Virus record (IMG/VR): IMGVR_UViG_3300025326_000018
Span: 14,645 to 78,644 of that record
Source of the DNA: a virus
Reading direction: 5' to 3' (one strand)
Length of the DNA stretch: 64,000 nucleotides
Shown here: positions 38,674-47,285 of the stretch, piece by piece
How the letters are laid out: each line of letters opens with the position of its first letter
How positions within the stretch are numbered: the stretch's first letter is position 1
Made by a program: the position numbers and the translations under genes
The notes under the pieces: model-generated
Told to the model about the DNA's origin: nothing
What the model saw: the letters and a program-made list of their open reading frames with translations, nothing else
Databases searched by the model: none

Positions 38674-39432
38674 ATGAAAATGACCAAGCCGAAAACGAAG
38701 ATGACGATCCAGGAGAAGATCCGGGCCCTGATCGCGCTGGCCGCTTCCCCAAACGAGAATGAAGCTGCCGCTGCGATGGACAAGGTGCAGGCGCTGCTCG
38801 CGAAGCACAACCTGTCTATCAAGGACGTTACCGACGCGACGTCGGCAGCGAAGTTCAAGATCACGCAGGGCAAGGTGGGCGACGTGTTCGCGCACAAACG
38901 GCAGATCGGTGTCGCAGTTGGGAAGATGTATTTCTGCAAATACTTCTACAGCGTGGTTCACGTTCAGTCGAAGGGCAAGAATATGTACAAGCGCGAGCGG
39001 CATTGCTTCGCCGGTGAGGAGCACAACCTTGATATCGCGAATATGATGTTCGATTACATTGTTGCTACGATCGACCGTCTCGCGAAGGAGGCTGCTGACC
39101 AGATCGAGGACAAGAAGAAGTATTGGAGCTTCATGACAGCATTCAAGACGGCGGCTGCGCATCGAGTTGCCGATCGTGTCATGGCGAAGATTCAGGCTGT
39201 CACGGCTCCGACGACTTCCGGTGGTAATCTTCCGGCCCTCGCGAGCCTCTACGATCGGGCCGACTCTGAGATCCGAGCTTTCCTGGAAAGTCAGATGTCT
39301 CTGAGCCCGGGGAAGACAAAGAAGCAGATGTACGATGCTGCTGGGCTGCGAGCTGGTCGAGTCGCTGGCGATTCGATCGGCCTGGACACTCAGATCGGCG
39401 GAGGTGGCAACACCAGTAATCTGCTGACGTAG
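38674..39432 (+). CDS. DUF2786-like domain protein
   Basis: IQEKIRALIALAASPNENEAAAAMDKVQALLAKHNLS N-terminus; AFKTAAAHRV. Confidence 0.75.
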   Translation: MKMTKPKTKMTIQEKIRALIALAASPNENEAAAAMDKVQALLAKHNLSIKDVTDATSAAKFKITQGKVGDVFAHKRQIGVAVGKMYFCKYFYSVVHVQSKGKNMYKRERHCFAGEEHNLDIANMMFDYIVATIDRLAKEAADQIEDKKKYWSFMTAFKTAAAHRVADRVMAKIQAVTAPTTSGGNLPALASLYDRADSEIRAFLESQMSLSPGKTKKQMYDAAGLRAGRVAGDSIGLDTQIGGGGNTSNLLT

Positions 39433-39486
39433 CCAGTTGTAGCTAAGGTGTGGGGAGGAGACTTTCCACACCTATTCAGGAGAAGA

Positions 39487-39681
39487 ATGATGGCAGTCAA
39501 GAATGCGACAACGAGGAAGAAGATTGCGACCGTGAAGTTTACGGAAGCGGAACTTCAAGTCCTCGCACAGATCCTCCACAGCCTTGAATACGAAGAAGAT
39601 GCGAGGAGTACTGGCATAGCTTTTCAAAGTGCCCAAAAGAAAGTTTTTGAAGCTAAGGGCCTGTTTGGTAAATACACGTAG
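39487..39681 (+). CDS. Small hypothetical protein
   Basis: CAGGAG RBS. Confidence 0.5.
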   Translation: MMAVKNATTRKKIATVKFTEAELQVLAQILHSLEYEEDARSTGIAFQSAQKKVFEAKGLFGKYT

Positions 39682-39692
39682 AAAGGAGAATA

Positions 39693-39922
39693 CAATGAGC
39701 CGCTCCAAGCACGATCAGAAGGGCCGTCGTATCAACGGAGAGATTTGGGGTCGCGGCTGCTACAAGGTTGTCGAGGGTAAGGTGTATCCCGATTGCGGAG
39801 GTGAGCCTGTCGGTTCCCCCAAGAGCAAGAAGCATGCGAAGATGAGTGCGGCTCGCATGCGGCGCCGGAAGTTCCTCCTGGCGCTTCACCTAGAGCAGCT
39901 TTACAGTGATATTGGAGAATGA
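39693..39922 (+). CDS. Small basic hypothetical protein
   Basis: AAGGAG RBS; MSRSKH..EIWGR..RMRRR. Confidence 0.55.
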
Positions 39923-39925
39923 GAG

Positions 39926-39953
39926 GCGGGGCTGGTCCCCGCTTTTTTTTTGT
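39926..39953 (+). terminator. Rho-independent terminator
   Basis: GCGGGG-CTGGT-CCCCGC followed by a T run. Confidence 0.85.
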
Positions 39954-39971
39954 TTGAACTAATTTTTTCCA

Positions 39972-40005
39972 TTGCGTAGGTAGAGTCTATGCCTTACACA
40001 TAATG
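39972..40005 (+). promoter_or_regulatory. Early promoter
   Basis: TTGCGT-N17-TACACATAATG. Confidence 0.8.
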
Positions 40006-40040
40006 CATAGGCAGACGAAGACGACACACAGGAGAAGAAG

Positions 40041-40283
40041 ATGAAGCTCACGGATCTCGAAACGAAAGCCCTTGCCTCCCTCCGCTCCAACGTCGAAGGC
40101 GGAGAAATCAGCCAAGCCGGAAAGATCTGGAAATCGGTTTATATCGACAACGCGTCAGCAAAAGTTGAAATGCCTCGCCGCACTTGGTCAGGAGTCTTGT
40201 CAAGCCTAACCAAGAAAGGTCTTTACCGCCCAGAAGACAACGATCCCAAATCAGCTTTCGGACTTGTGGTGGTGGGGGAATAA
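40041..40283 (+). CDS. Small winged-helix-like hypothetical protein
   Basis: ACAGGAG RBS; WSGVLSSLTKKGLY. Confidence 0.55.
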   Translation: MKLTDLETKALASLRSNVEGGEISQAGKIWKSVYIDNASAKVEMPRRTWSGVLSSLTKKGLYRPEDNDPKSAFGLVVVGE

Positions 40284-40320
40284 CCCCCACCTTTCCCCTT
40301 CCTAATCACAGGAGAAGAAG

Positions 40321-40503
40321 ATGACTAGATACACGATTCTAGAGACGCGCACGGCCACCGGTGAAGTTACTGACCTCCGTACTACGCTGCCTCGTATTCT
40401 CGGCCGCATTGGTAATGATAAGGAGAAGGTGGACGCCATGGCTGTTCGCCTGACCGGAAGCGGTCCAAGGACGTTTACCTACGAAGTTGTCGAAGCGAAG
40501 TAA
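40321..40503 (+). CDS. Small hypothetical protein
   Basis: ACAGGAG RBS. Confidence 0.55.
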   Translation: MTRYTILETRTATGEVTDLRTTLPRILGRIGNDKEKVDAMAVRLTGSGPRTFTYEVVEAK

Positions 40504-40554
40504 CACTTGCGCGGGGGAGAAATCCTCCGCCCCTTCCCACCACAGGAGACTACA

Positions 40555-41532
40555 ATGGCTGATCATGTAGAAACAATGGCGTACGCGGGTGAAACCCCCT
40601 GGCACGGCCTCGGCACAGAAATTCCTCCCGGTGTCAGCACCGACGAGATGTTAAAGCTCTCCGGTCTCGATTGGCTGGTGACCAAGGAGAAGCTTTACCT
40701 TGGTGATAATACCGAGGTTCCGAAGATGCGCGCTATTGTGCGCGACACGGACAAGAAGATCATCTCGATCGTCGGTTCCACCTACAAGGTGACTCAGAAT
40801 TACGAAGTCCTCGGATTCTTTCACAAGTTCGTGGAAGCGGGGAATATGGAACTCGAGACGGCCGGCTCACTACATGGTGGCCAGTATGTCTGGTGTCTGG
40901 CTCGCGTCAAGCGGGATTTTGTCATCGGCAAGGACGACGAGGTTCGTACGTATCTACTCTTCTGCAACCCGCACATCTACGGGTACAGCCGCTCGATCAA
41001 ATTTACAGGCGTGCGTGTGGTGTGCTGGAACACGTTGAACTTTGCACTCGGAGCCAACCTTACGGGGAGGAATACTCGGGGGCTGACTTTCAATATCCCG
41101 CACTCGATCGATTTCGATGAGGTCTCTAGGGCTGCTGCGGAGAAGGCCCTCGGGATTGCGTTGACGCAGTCTGCGGAGTTTGAGGAGGCGACTAAGTTGT
41201 TCGCCAAGACGAAGCTCAAGCAGGAGGCCCTCGATTCATACTTCAACACGATTTTGAAGTTCGATCCAGAAACTGCCAAGCTGCGGAAAGACGGAACGGT
41301 ACGTCTACCCAGCATGTTGAATAAGTTCAACGAGGCTCTCGAGTCCGCTCCCGGCCAGGATTTCAAGTCCTGCAAGGGCACGCTGTGGGGAGCTCTGAAC
41401 GCCGTCACGTACGTCATCGACCACGACATGGGTCGGACTCGTGATAACGGTCTGACTTCGGCTTGGTTCGGCTACACGGGCGATATCAAACGGAAGGCAT
41501 TCGAGATTGCCCTCGAGTTGGTAAAGCGCTAG
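40555..41532 (+). CDS. DUF932/DUF945 family phage protein
   Basis: MADHVETMAYAGETPWHGLG, ETAGSLHGG, VRVVCWNTL, GTLWGALNAVTY. Confidence 0.85.
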   Translation: MADHVETMAYAGETPWHGLGTEIPPGVSTDEMLKLSGLDWLVTKEKLYLGDNTEVPKMRAIVRDTDKKIISIVGSTYKVTQNYEVLGFFHKFVEAGNMELETAGSLHGGQYVWCLARVKRDFVIGKDDEVRTYLLFCNPHIYGYSRSIKFTGVRVVCWNTLNFALGANLTGRNTRGLTFNIPHSIDFDEVSRAAAEKALGIALTQSAEFEEATKLFAKTKLKQEALDSYFNTILKFDPETAKLRKDGTVRLPSMLNKFNEALESAPGQDFKSCKGTLWGALNAVTYVIDHDMGRTRDNGLTSAWFGYTGDIKRKAFEIALELVKR

Positions 41533-41581
41533 AACAGCACTGCGGGGGCGGCAACGCCTCCGCTTCTCAACACAGGAGAAG

Positions 41582-42028
41582 ATGATGGACTGGGAAGTTA
41601 CAGTTAAATTTCCGACACGGCCCTTTCTCGGCAATGTGCTTCAGCTGGCGGAGGCGACATCTATAGTTATGCGGGAGGTTCCCAGCGCTCCGAAAGTGCC
41701 CGGCACGGATACCTATCTCGATCGGACACCCACCGCCTGTACGTACCAGCCTTACGGAGACCCTCGCCCGCGCCACTCTGGGTATGTCCACCGTGATCTC
41801 AAACCTACGGGATCGATGCCTACGTTCGACAAACCAAAGCCGGACGGCATCGTGACTCAAGATGATATCGACGCGGCCGACCTCGAAGGATACTCCGCGT
41901 TCCTCGAAGGAGATACTGCGCGCATGTCTGGGCGGCCGTATGAGTTAGGTTCGACTCTCGATCGAGCTTGGCAGAACGGTTGGGATCGTGCCGAGCACTC
42001 CGACGATTCAGACAAAGACGGAGTTTGA
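41582..42028 (+). CDS. Hypothetical protein
   Basis: ACAGGAG RBS; RAWQNGW motif. Confidence 0.55.
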   Translation: MMDWEVTVKFPTRPFLGNVLQLAEATSIVMREVPSAPKVPGTDTYLDRTPTACTYQPYGDPRPRHSGYVHRDLKPTGSMPTFDKPKPDGIVTQDDIDAADLEGYSAFLEGDTARMSGRPYELGSTLDRAWQNGWDRAEHSDDSDKDGV

Positions 42029-42030
42029 GA

Positions 42031-42678
42031 ATGAAACTCTATCATGGAACAAGTGAGCGGTACGTGGAGTCGATTCTTCGGAACGGCATTACGCCTCGCG
42101 GCAATCGCAAAGGTAATTGGCAGAACACTGTTACCTCGAATAGTCGTGCTGTATACCTCACTACAGCGTATCCCATTCACTTCGCTAAGGCGTGCGTGCG
42201 GAGGGAAGAACGCCTCGCGCTGCTCGAGGTAGACACAGAACTTTTGTCATTCGATTTACTCGCTCCCGATGAGGATTTCCTCGAGCAAGCAACTCGAAAA
42301 GATCCGAAGTACTCGAACTGCGGAAAGGATATGAAAGAGCGTACTCTATGGTTCCGCAAGCGAGCCCTTGTCGAGTTCAAGCAGCATGCTCCCGCATCTG
42401 TTCAGCATATGGGGACCTGTACGTATTTCGGCCGTATCCCGCCCGCAGCACTAACTCGTATCGCCTTTGTTCCGCAAGGGCATGAGCTGTACCAGATGAG
42501 TGATCCTTCCGTCGGCATCGCCAACTACGGGATCATGGGCGCCTTCTATCGCAACCTCACCAGGCTGGCGTTTAAGGATGTCAGCGACCTTGAAGACGAC
42601 GCATATTGGTTGATGAACATGAACGATGAAATACCCGATCTTTCGGAGATCGAAGTCAAGGACCTGGTGAAGAAGTAG
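42031..42678 (+). CDS. ADP-ribosyltransferase-fold (HGT-type) protein
   Basis: N-terminal LYHGTS..SILRNGITPR and VYLT, as seen in Tpt1/KptA-like ART folds; YFGRIPPAAL. Confidence 0.55.
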   Translation: MKLYHGTSERYVESILRNGITPRGNRKGNWQNTVTSNSRAVYLTTAYPIHFAKACVRREERLALLEVDTELLSFDLLAPDEDFLEQATRKDPKYSNCGKDMKERTLWFRKRALVEFKQHAPASVQHMGTCTYFGRIPPAALTRIAFVPQGHELYQMSDPSVGIANYGIMGAFYRNLTRLAFKDVSDLEDDAYWLMNMNDEIPDLSEIEVKDLVKK

Positions 42679-42679
42679 C

Positions 42680-43699
42680 ATGTTTGATTGGCCAGATTTT
42701 TTGGACCGGAACGGGATTGAGTATATCACCACCGGTCCTAACGTTGCTCGGAATAATATCAACGTTCATTGTCCCCTTTGTGGTGCGGGGGATCCCTCGC
42801 ACCACTTAGGCATCTCTCTCGTGGGGCCCTGGTGGGGCTGCTGGCGAGACCATGCGCATCGCGGCACGAGCGTGGCGCGTCTGGTTCAATTGCTTCTCGG
42901 TTGCTCATGGGAGCAAGCCCAGCGTCTTGCCGGCGAGTCCGCGAGTCTACCGGGTGATCTCTTAGGGAGCGTGGAAGCGTTGCTGTCGACGTCCGTTCCA
43001 GACCCTGCGCCTTTGCGTAGCCTAAAAATGCCTGAAGAATTTCTTCCGTTTTCCAATAAACCTGGTGAGCGGTACTACCGATCGTACCTGCTACGGCGTG
43101 GGTATTCCAACAAGAAGATCGACTCCCTGACGGCTAAGTACGGGATCCGGTATTGTAAACATGGTCCATTTCGAGGACGGATCATGTTCCCCATTTTTTA
43201 TGAAGGAAAGCTTGTTACCTGGACAGGGAGATCTATATTTCAGTCTGACACTTTGCGCTATAAAACATTGACCGTCGATCCCGATCGTGCTAGTGTGCTC
43301 GGGCAAGAATCCGCAGCAGGCAACATTAGTGATTTCCTGTTGTGGTATGATGAAGCAAGTGCAGGAACCTTCGAGACCTTGGTGATCGTAGAGGGTCCGT
43401 TTGATGCGCTAAGGCTGAGAGTGTTAGGAGACCGCCATGCTCTAATCGCAACATGCTTTTTCACCGCCCAGCCGTCACATCGGCAAATAGGACTACTGTA
43501 CAGACTGCTACCGAAATACAAGAGAAGATGTTTACTACTGGATGCAGGAACCCTTTCGAAATCTCTTACGCTGAAGACCGAATTTGACTGGGTTCTTGCA
43601 TCTGCTGATATTGAGGTCCTACATCTGCCAGAAGGTGTAAAGGATCCGGGAGAACTGTCTAAAACAGATTTCCTGAAAGTGTTTGCCTTATCTCGATAG
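42680..43699 (+). CDS. DNA primase (Zn finger + TOPRIM)
   Basis: HCPLC..CWRD Zn ribbon; RIMFPI..GR; IVEGPFDA; LLLDAG; KDPGEL. Confidence 0.85.
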   Translation: MFDWPDFLDRNGIEYITTGPNVARNNINVHCPLCGAGDPSHHLGISLVGPWWGCWRDHAHRGTSVARLVQLLLGCSWEQAQRLAGESASLPGDLLGSVEALLSTSVPDPAPLRSLKMPEEFLPFSNKPGERYYRSYLLRRGYSNKKIDSLTAKYGIRYCKHGPFRGRIMFPIFYEGKLVTWTGRSIFQSDTLRYKTLTVDPDRASVLGQESAAGNISDFLLWYDEASAGTFETLVIVEGPFDALRLRVLGDRHALIATCFFTAQPSHRQIGLLYRLLPKYKRRCLLLDAGTLSKSLTLKTEFDWVLASADIEVLHLPEGVKDPGELSKTDFLKVFALSR

Positions 43700-43800
43700 G
43701 CATAACCATGAAGCACATCATGGTTCTCCTGTGGCGGAGCTGGGGGTCCCGTTTATCGAGAAACCCCCAAAGTAATAAGTAATGACAACAAGGCTTGCGT

Positions 43801-44295
43801 ATGTCAAATATCCCGCCAGACCCGAACCGCGGTCACATCTCCACAAAAACGTATATGCATGAAGCAGGACTCTCCTGCTGCTTCCGACAATGGCGGGCCA
43901 ACTCCCATTGTCGGTATTTGCATGGCTACCCTCTAAAAGTAAAGTTCACGTTCGGCGCCTCCGAGCTTGACGATAACAACTGGGTAGTTGACTTTGGCAG
44001 TCTGAAGCCCCTTAAGGCCTACCTGGAAGACATGTTCGATCACACGTGTCTCGTGGCTGCGGATGATCCTCAGTTGGCATTCCTACAAGAGGCTGACCGT
44101 CGTGGCCTTCTTTGTATTCGGGTACTTCCTGCTGTTGGCTGCGAAGCCGTCTCCGTGCTGATTCTTGAGCACGCTGAGCAGTGGCTTGTCGACGTTGGCT
44201 ACAGTCCTCGCTGTTTCCTTATCTCTGTTGAAGTCGCAGAGCACGGCGGCAATTCAGCGGTTTGCTTCAACAAGAGGCACTTCCAACCGCTATAG
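43801..44295 (+). CDS. queD: 6-carboxy-5,6,7,8-tetrahydropterin synthase
   Basis: SHCRYLHGY, WVVDFGSLK, FDH, VGCE, VEVAE. Confidence 0.88.
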   Translation: MSNIPPDPNRGHISTKTYMHEAGLSCCFRQWRANSHCRYLHGYPLKVKFTFGASELDDNNWVVDFGSLKPLKAYLEDMFDHTCLVAADDPQLAFLQEADRRGLLCIRVLPAVGCEAVSVLILEHAEQWLVDVGYSPRCFLISVEVAEHGGNSAVCFNKRHFQPL

Positions 44296-44384
44296 TAACG
44301 CCCTACTGTAGCGTACCTTCCTTACCTATTGCAAAATATAAAAGTACCCTTAAGCTAAGCCTCCGTACGGCGTAGGAGGTTTGT

Positions 44385-44990
44385 ATGGTGGTGAAACTGG
44401 ACGTAGGGGGAACGCGATGGTTGGAAAGGTACGCGTGGAAGAATTATTGGAAGGTTCGTCATATCTACGATGACGTGAACGACCTGATACAAGACGGGCA
44501 TATGTGTTGGGGGATCGTTGTAAACAAGTATACAGACGTCGGCGATCTGACACAGGATGGACGTCTGATGAGCTTGTTCAAGATGACGTTCGTGAATCAT
44601 ATTCGATGGGTCGCTTCACGGGACAAGGACAAAGAATACAACAAATTAAAAGTTCGTATGGACGACTTAGTCCATCCTGGAGAGCATGTATCGTTAGAGC
44701 AGTGGTACGCCTTTCTTGATCGGGTTTGTCTACGGAACGGTCAGTCAGGTGATTTGTTCAGTGACTCCAGCGTGCAGCGGACGATAATTGAAGCCTCAGA
44801 GCCTATTCGGTCAGTCCTGCAATTCTTGGTATCTGATCATGGAATAGATGTGATGCGCCGTCCGTTTCGACGCAGACTTGATGGATCGAGGGAGACCGTA
44901 AACGCTCGCATTCGTCGATACATAGGTAAGGGGGAGAATCTCGACCTCTTGGGAATGACAAAGCAATATCTTCTCGAAGCAACGCACTAG
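44385..44990 (+). CDS. Sigma-factor-like / transcription regulator protein
   Basis: Region-2-like DDVNDLIQDGHMCW..F..FVNHI; similarity is weak. Confidence 0.4.
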   Translation: MVVKLDVGGTRWLERYAWKNYWKVRHIYDDVNDLIQDGHMCWGIVVNKYTDVGDLTQDGRLMSLFKMTFVNHIRWVASRDKDKEYNKLKVRMDDLVHPGEHVSLEQWYAFLDRVCLRNGQSGDLFSDSSVQRTIIEASEPIRSVLQFLVSDHGIDVMRRPFRRRLDGSRETVNARIRRYIGKGENLDLLGMTKQYLLEATH

Positions 44991-44999
44991 GAGTCTAGC

Positions 45000-45710
45000 A
45001 TGTCGAAAGCAGCAGTTTTATTGAGTGGTGGTATCGACAGCACTACAGTTCTGTACATGGCAGCGAAGGAGCACGGCGCGGCGAACGTACTCGGTTTGTC
45101 GCTTACTTATGGTCAGCGCCACCGGAAGGAAATCGAGTACGCGGATCGCAGTTGTGAGGTGCTCGGCGTGCTTCGGAAAGTCGTCGATATCGGCTCGATC
45201 ATTCCCTCGACGATGTTGACCGACGAGTCGCGTGAGGTACCCAGTATCTCTTACAAAGATATTGTCGGCACCTCTCCTACGTATGTTCCGTATCGAAACG
45301 GATTGCTGCTTTCGGCGGCGGCATCTATCTTTCACGGCGGTCTCCTGAATGGTGAATTCGGAGACGTCAGTTCCGTCGAGGATTCTGGTGAGCACATTCT
45401 GTATTACGGTGCTCACGCCGAAGATGCTCAAGGTTGGGCATACCCCGACTGTTCGCCTGAGTTCAATGGTGCGATGGCGAATGCTATCTACATCGGCACC
45501 TACTCTCAGGTGCGGTTGCATACGCCCTTGCAATGGTTGACGAAAGCGGATATCATCCGCAAGGGGCAGGAACTGGGTGTGTGGTGGAGCAACACTTGGA
45601 GTTGTTATAAAGGAGGTGAAATGCATTGCGGAGAGTGTCCCACGTGTCGGGCACGCCGCGCAGGATTCGAATTGGCTGGGGTCGCTGATCCTACTCACTA
45701 CGCCGCTTAG
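45000..45710 (+). CDS. queC: 7-cyano-7-deazaguanine synthase
   Basis: LLSGGIDST, YGQRH, YVPYRN, YPDC, TWSCY..HCGECPTC. Confidence 0.93.
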   Translation: MSKAAVLLSGGIDSTTVLYMAAKEHGAANVLGLSLTYGQRHRKEIEYADRSCEVLGVLRKVVDIGSIIPSTMLTDESREVPSISYKDIVGTSPTYVPYRNGLLLSAAASIFHGGLLNGEFGDVSSVEDSGEHILYYGAHAEDAQGWAYPDCSPEFNGAMANAIYIGTYSQVRLHTPLQWLTKADIIRKGQELGVWWSNTWSCYKGGEMHCGECPTCRARRAGFELAGVADPTHYAA

Positions 45711-45761
45711 GGTTTAAAACTGTTTGTTCTGATTGAACAGCAATAACAAAGGTGAAGTATT

Positions 45762-46580
45762 ATGGTATCGAAAGTCGAAGCCGAACTCGTCAAAGCGCTG
45801 AAACTCAAGAAGCAGAAATCCAGCGAAGGTCGGGACGATTATCTCGCTCGGGCTCTCAAGGCCATCGACGATCTCGACGATGACGGCTGGGCTGAGCTTT
45901 CCGAGGCGGCGCAGAAGTGGGCAAACGACGCGGCCAAGAAGGCCAAGGCGAAGAAGGATATCCCCGACTTCCCGAAGGACAAGGAAGACGAGGAAGAAGA
46001 GGGCGAGGAAGAAGAAGAAGAGAAGCCGGCGAAGAAGAAGTCCAAGAAGGACGACGACGAGGAAGAGGAGACCGAGGAAGAAGAGGACGGCGAGGAAGAA
46101 GAAGAAGAAGAAGAGAAGCCGGCGAAGAAGAAGGGCAAGGAGAAAGCCAAGGAAGATAAGAAGCCGGCGAAGGAAGAGAAGAAGCCGGCGAAGAAGAAGG
46201 CGAAGGACGACGACGAAGAGGAAGAGGAAGAGAAGGAAGAGGAGGAGACCGAGGACGACGACGAAGACGAGGCTCCGAAGAAGAAGGGCAAGAAGGACGA
46301 GAAGTCTGCCAAGTCCGATAAGAAGGCTGCCAAGCCCGAAGCCAAGGCCGGCAAGCGCTCGGGTGCGCAGGGTGTCACGGCGAGCATCAAGAAGATCATG
46401 CTCGGCGACCCGCAGATATCGGTCGAGAACCTCACCGACGCTCTCAAGGAGAAGGGTTTCGATACGATCAGTAATATGACTGTCACGACCGTTCGCGCCG
46501 ACTTCCGCCACACGCTGCGGATCATGAAGGAAGAAGGCGGCCTCAGCAAGGCGCTCTCTTCGAAGATGGACGACGAGTAG
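45762..46580 (+). CDS. Protein with long acidic/lysine charge-block disordered region
   Basis: Folded N- and C-termini joined by EEEE/KPAKKK blocks. Confidence 0.8.
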   Translation: MVSKVEAELVKALKLKKQKSSEGRDDYLARALKAIDDLDDDGWAELSEAAQKWANDAAKKAKAKKDIPDFPKDKEDEEEEGEEEEEEKPAKKKSKKDDDEEEETEEEEDGEEEEEEEEKPAKKKGKEKAKEDKKPAKEEKKPAKKKAKDDDEEEEEEKEEEETEDDDEDEAPKKKGKKDEKSAKSDKKAAKPEAKAGKRSGAQGVTASIKKIMLGDPQISVENLTDALKEKGFDTISNMTVTTVRADFRHTLRIMKEEGGLSKALSSKMDDE

Positions 46581-46670
46581 ACCCACCTGTAGGGCATCTC
46601 GTTTAGAGTTGGGGCCAGGATTGACAAGATCCTGGTCCTGCTACATTGCTAACTTCCCAGGATCTTTTAC

Positions 46671-47285
46671 ATGACCCAACGACTGCCACAGGCGGGCACT
46701 CCTCACGTACTCGGATCTGATTGTATCGAGAATTTTATGGAGCGCCTCGTCGGTCCCGATGAGATGCGTCGGGCGGGTCTTAGTGAGACGCCTGCGCGGT
46801 ACATGAAGGCCATGCAGTCCTTGACGCAGGGTTATCATATTGATCCCACGACGTTCCTAAAGGCGTTTGAGGATGGGGCCGAGGGCTACAACGGTCTTGT
46901 GTTTCAAGGGCAGATTCAGCTCTACAGTTTGTGTGAGCATCATATGCTCCCGTTCTTCGGAGTAGCACACGTTGGCTACATTCCCCGAGGAAAGATTATT
47001 GGCCTGTCGAAGATCGCGCGCATCGTGAATATGTTTGCGCAGCGGTTCCAGGTACAAGAACGATTGACCCGACAAGTCGCCGATGCTCTTGACGAGTATC
47101 TACAACCTGCGGCTGTGGGCGTGGTTATTCGCTGCCGTCATATGTGCATGGAGATGCGAGGCGTCCAGAAGTCGGGGACGGTGACGTACACTTCGCATCT
47201 ATCAGGTGATTTCCTGAATGAGCCTGAGGCCAGGGCTGAATTCATGAAGTTTGTTGAGATGGCAGACTCGGGGTTACATATATGA
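46671..47285 (+). CDS. folE: GTP cyclohydrolase I
   Basis: ETPARY, SLCEHHMLPFFG, GLSKIAR, QVQERLT, HMCMEMRG. Confidence 0.93.
   Translation: MTQRLPQAGTPHVLGSDCIENFMERLVGPDEMRRAGLSETPARYMKAMQSLTQGYHIDPTTFLKAFEDGAEGYNGLVFQGQIQLYSLCEHHMLPFFGVAHVGYIPRGKIIGLSKIARIVNMFAQRFQVQERLTRQVADALDEYLQPAAVGVVIRCRHMCMEMRGVQKSGTVTYTSHLSGDFLNEPEARAEFMKFVEMADSGLHI

Noticed and set aside
43741-43790. preQ1 riboswitch upstream of queD
   Set aside because: A GGGGG/CCCCC hairpin with an A-rich tail is present, but I could not match the loop to the preQ1-I consensus; an Rfam search would settle it.
45714-46627. Long antisense and alternate-frame ORFs over the charge-block genes (also 54099-55380)
   Set aside because: Artefacts of low-complexity GAA/AAG/GAC codons that lack stops in other frames.
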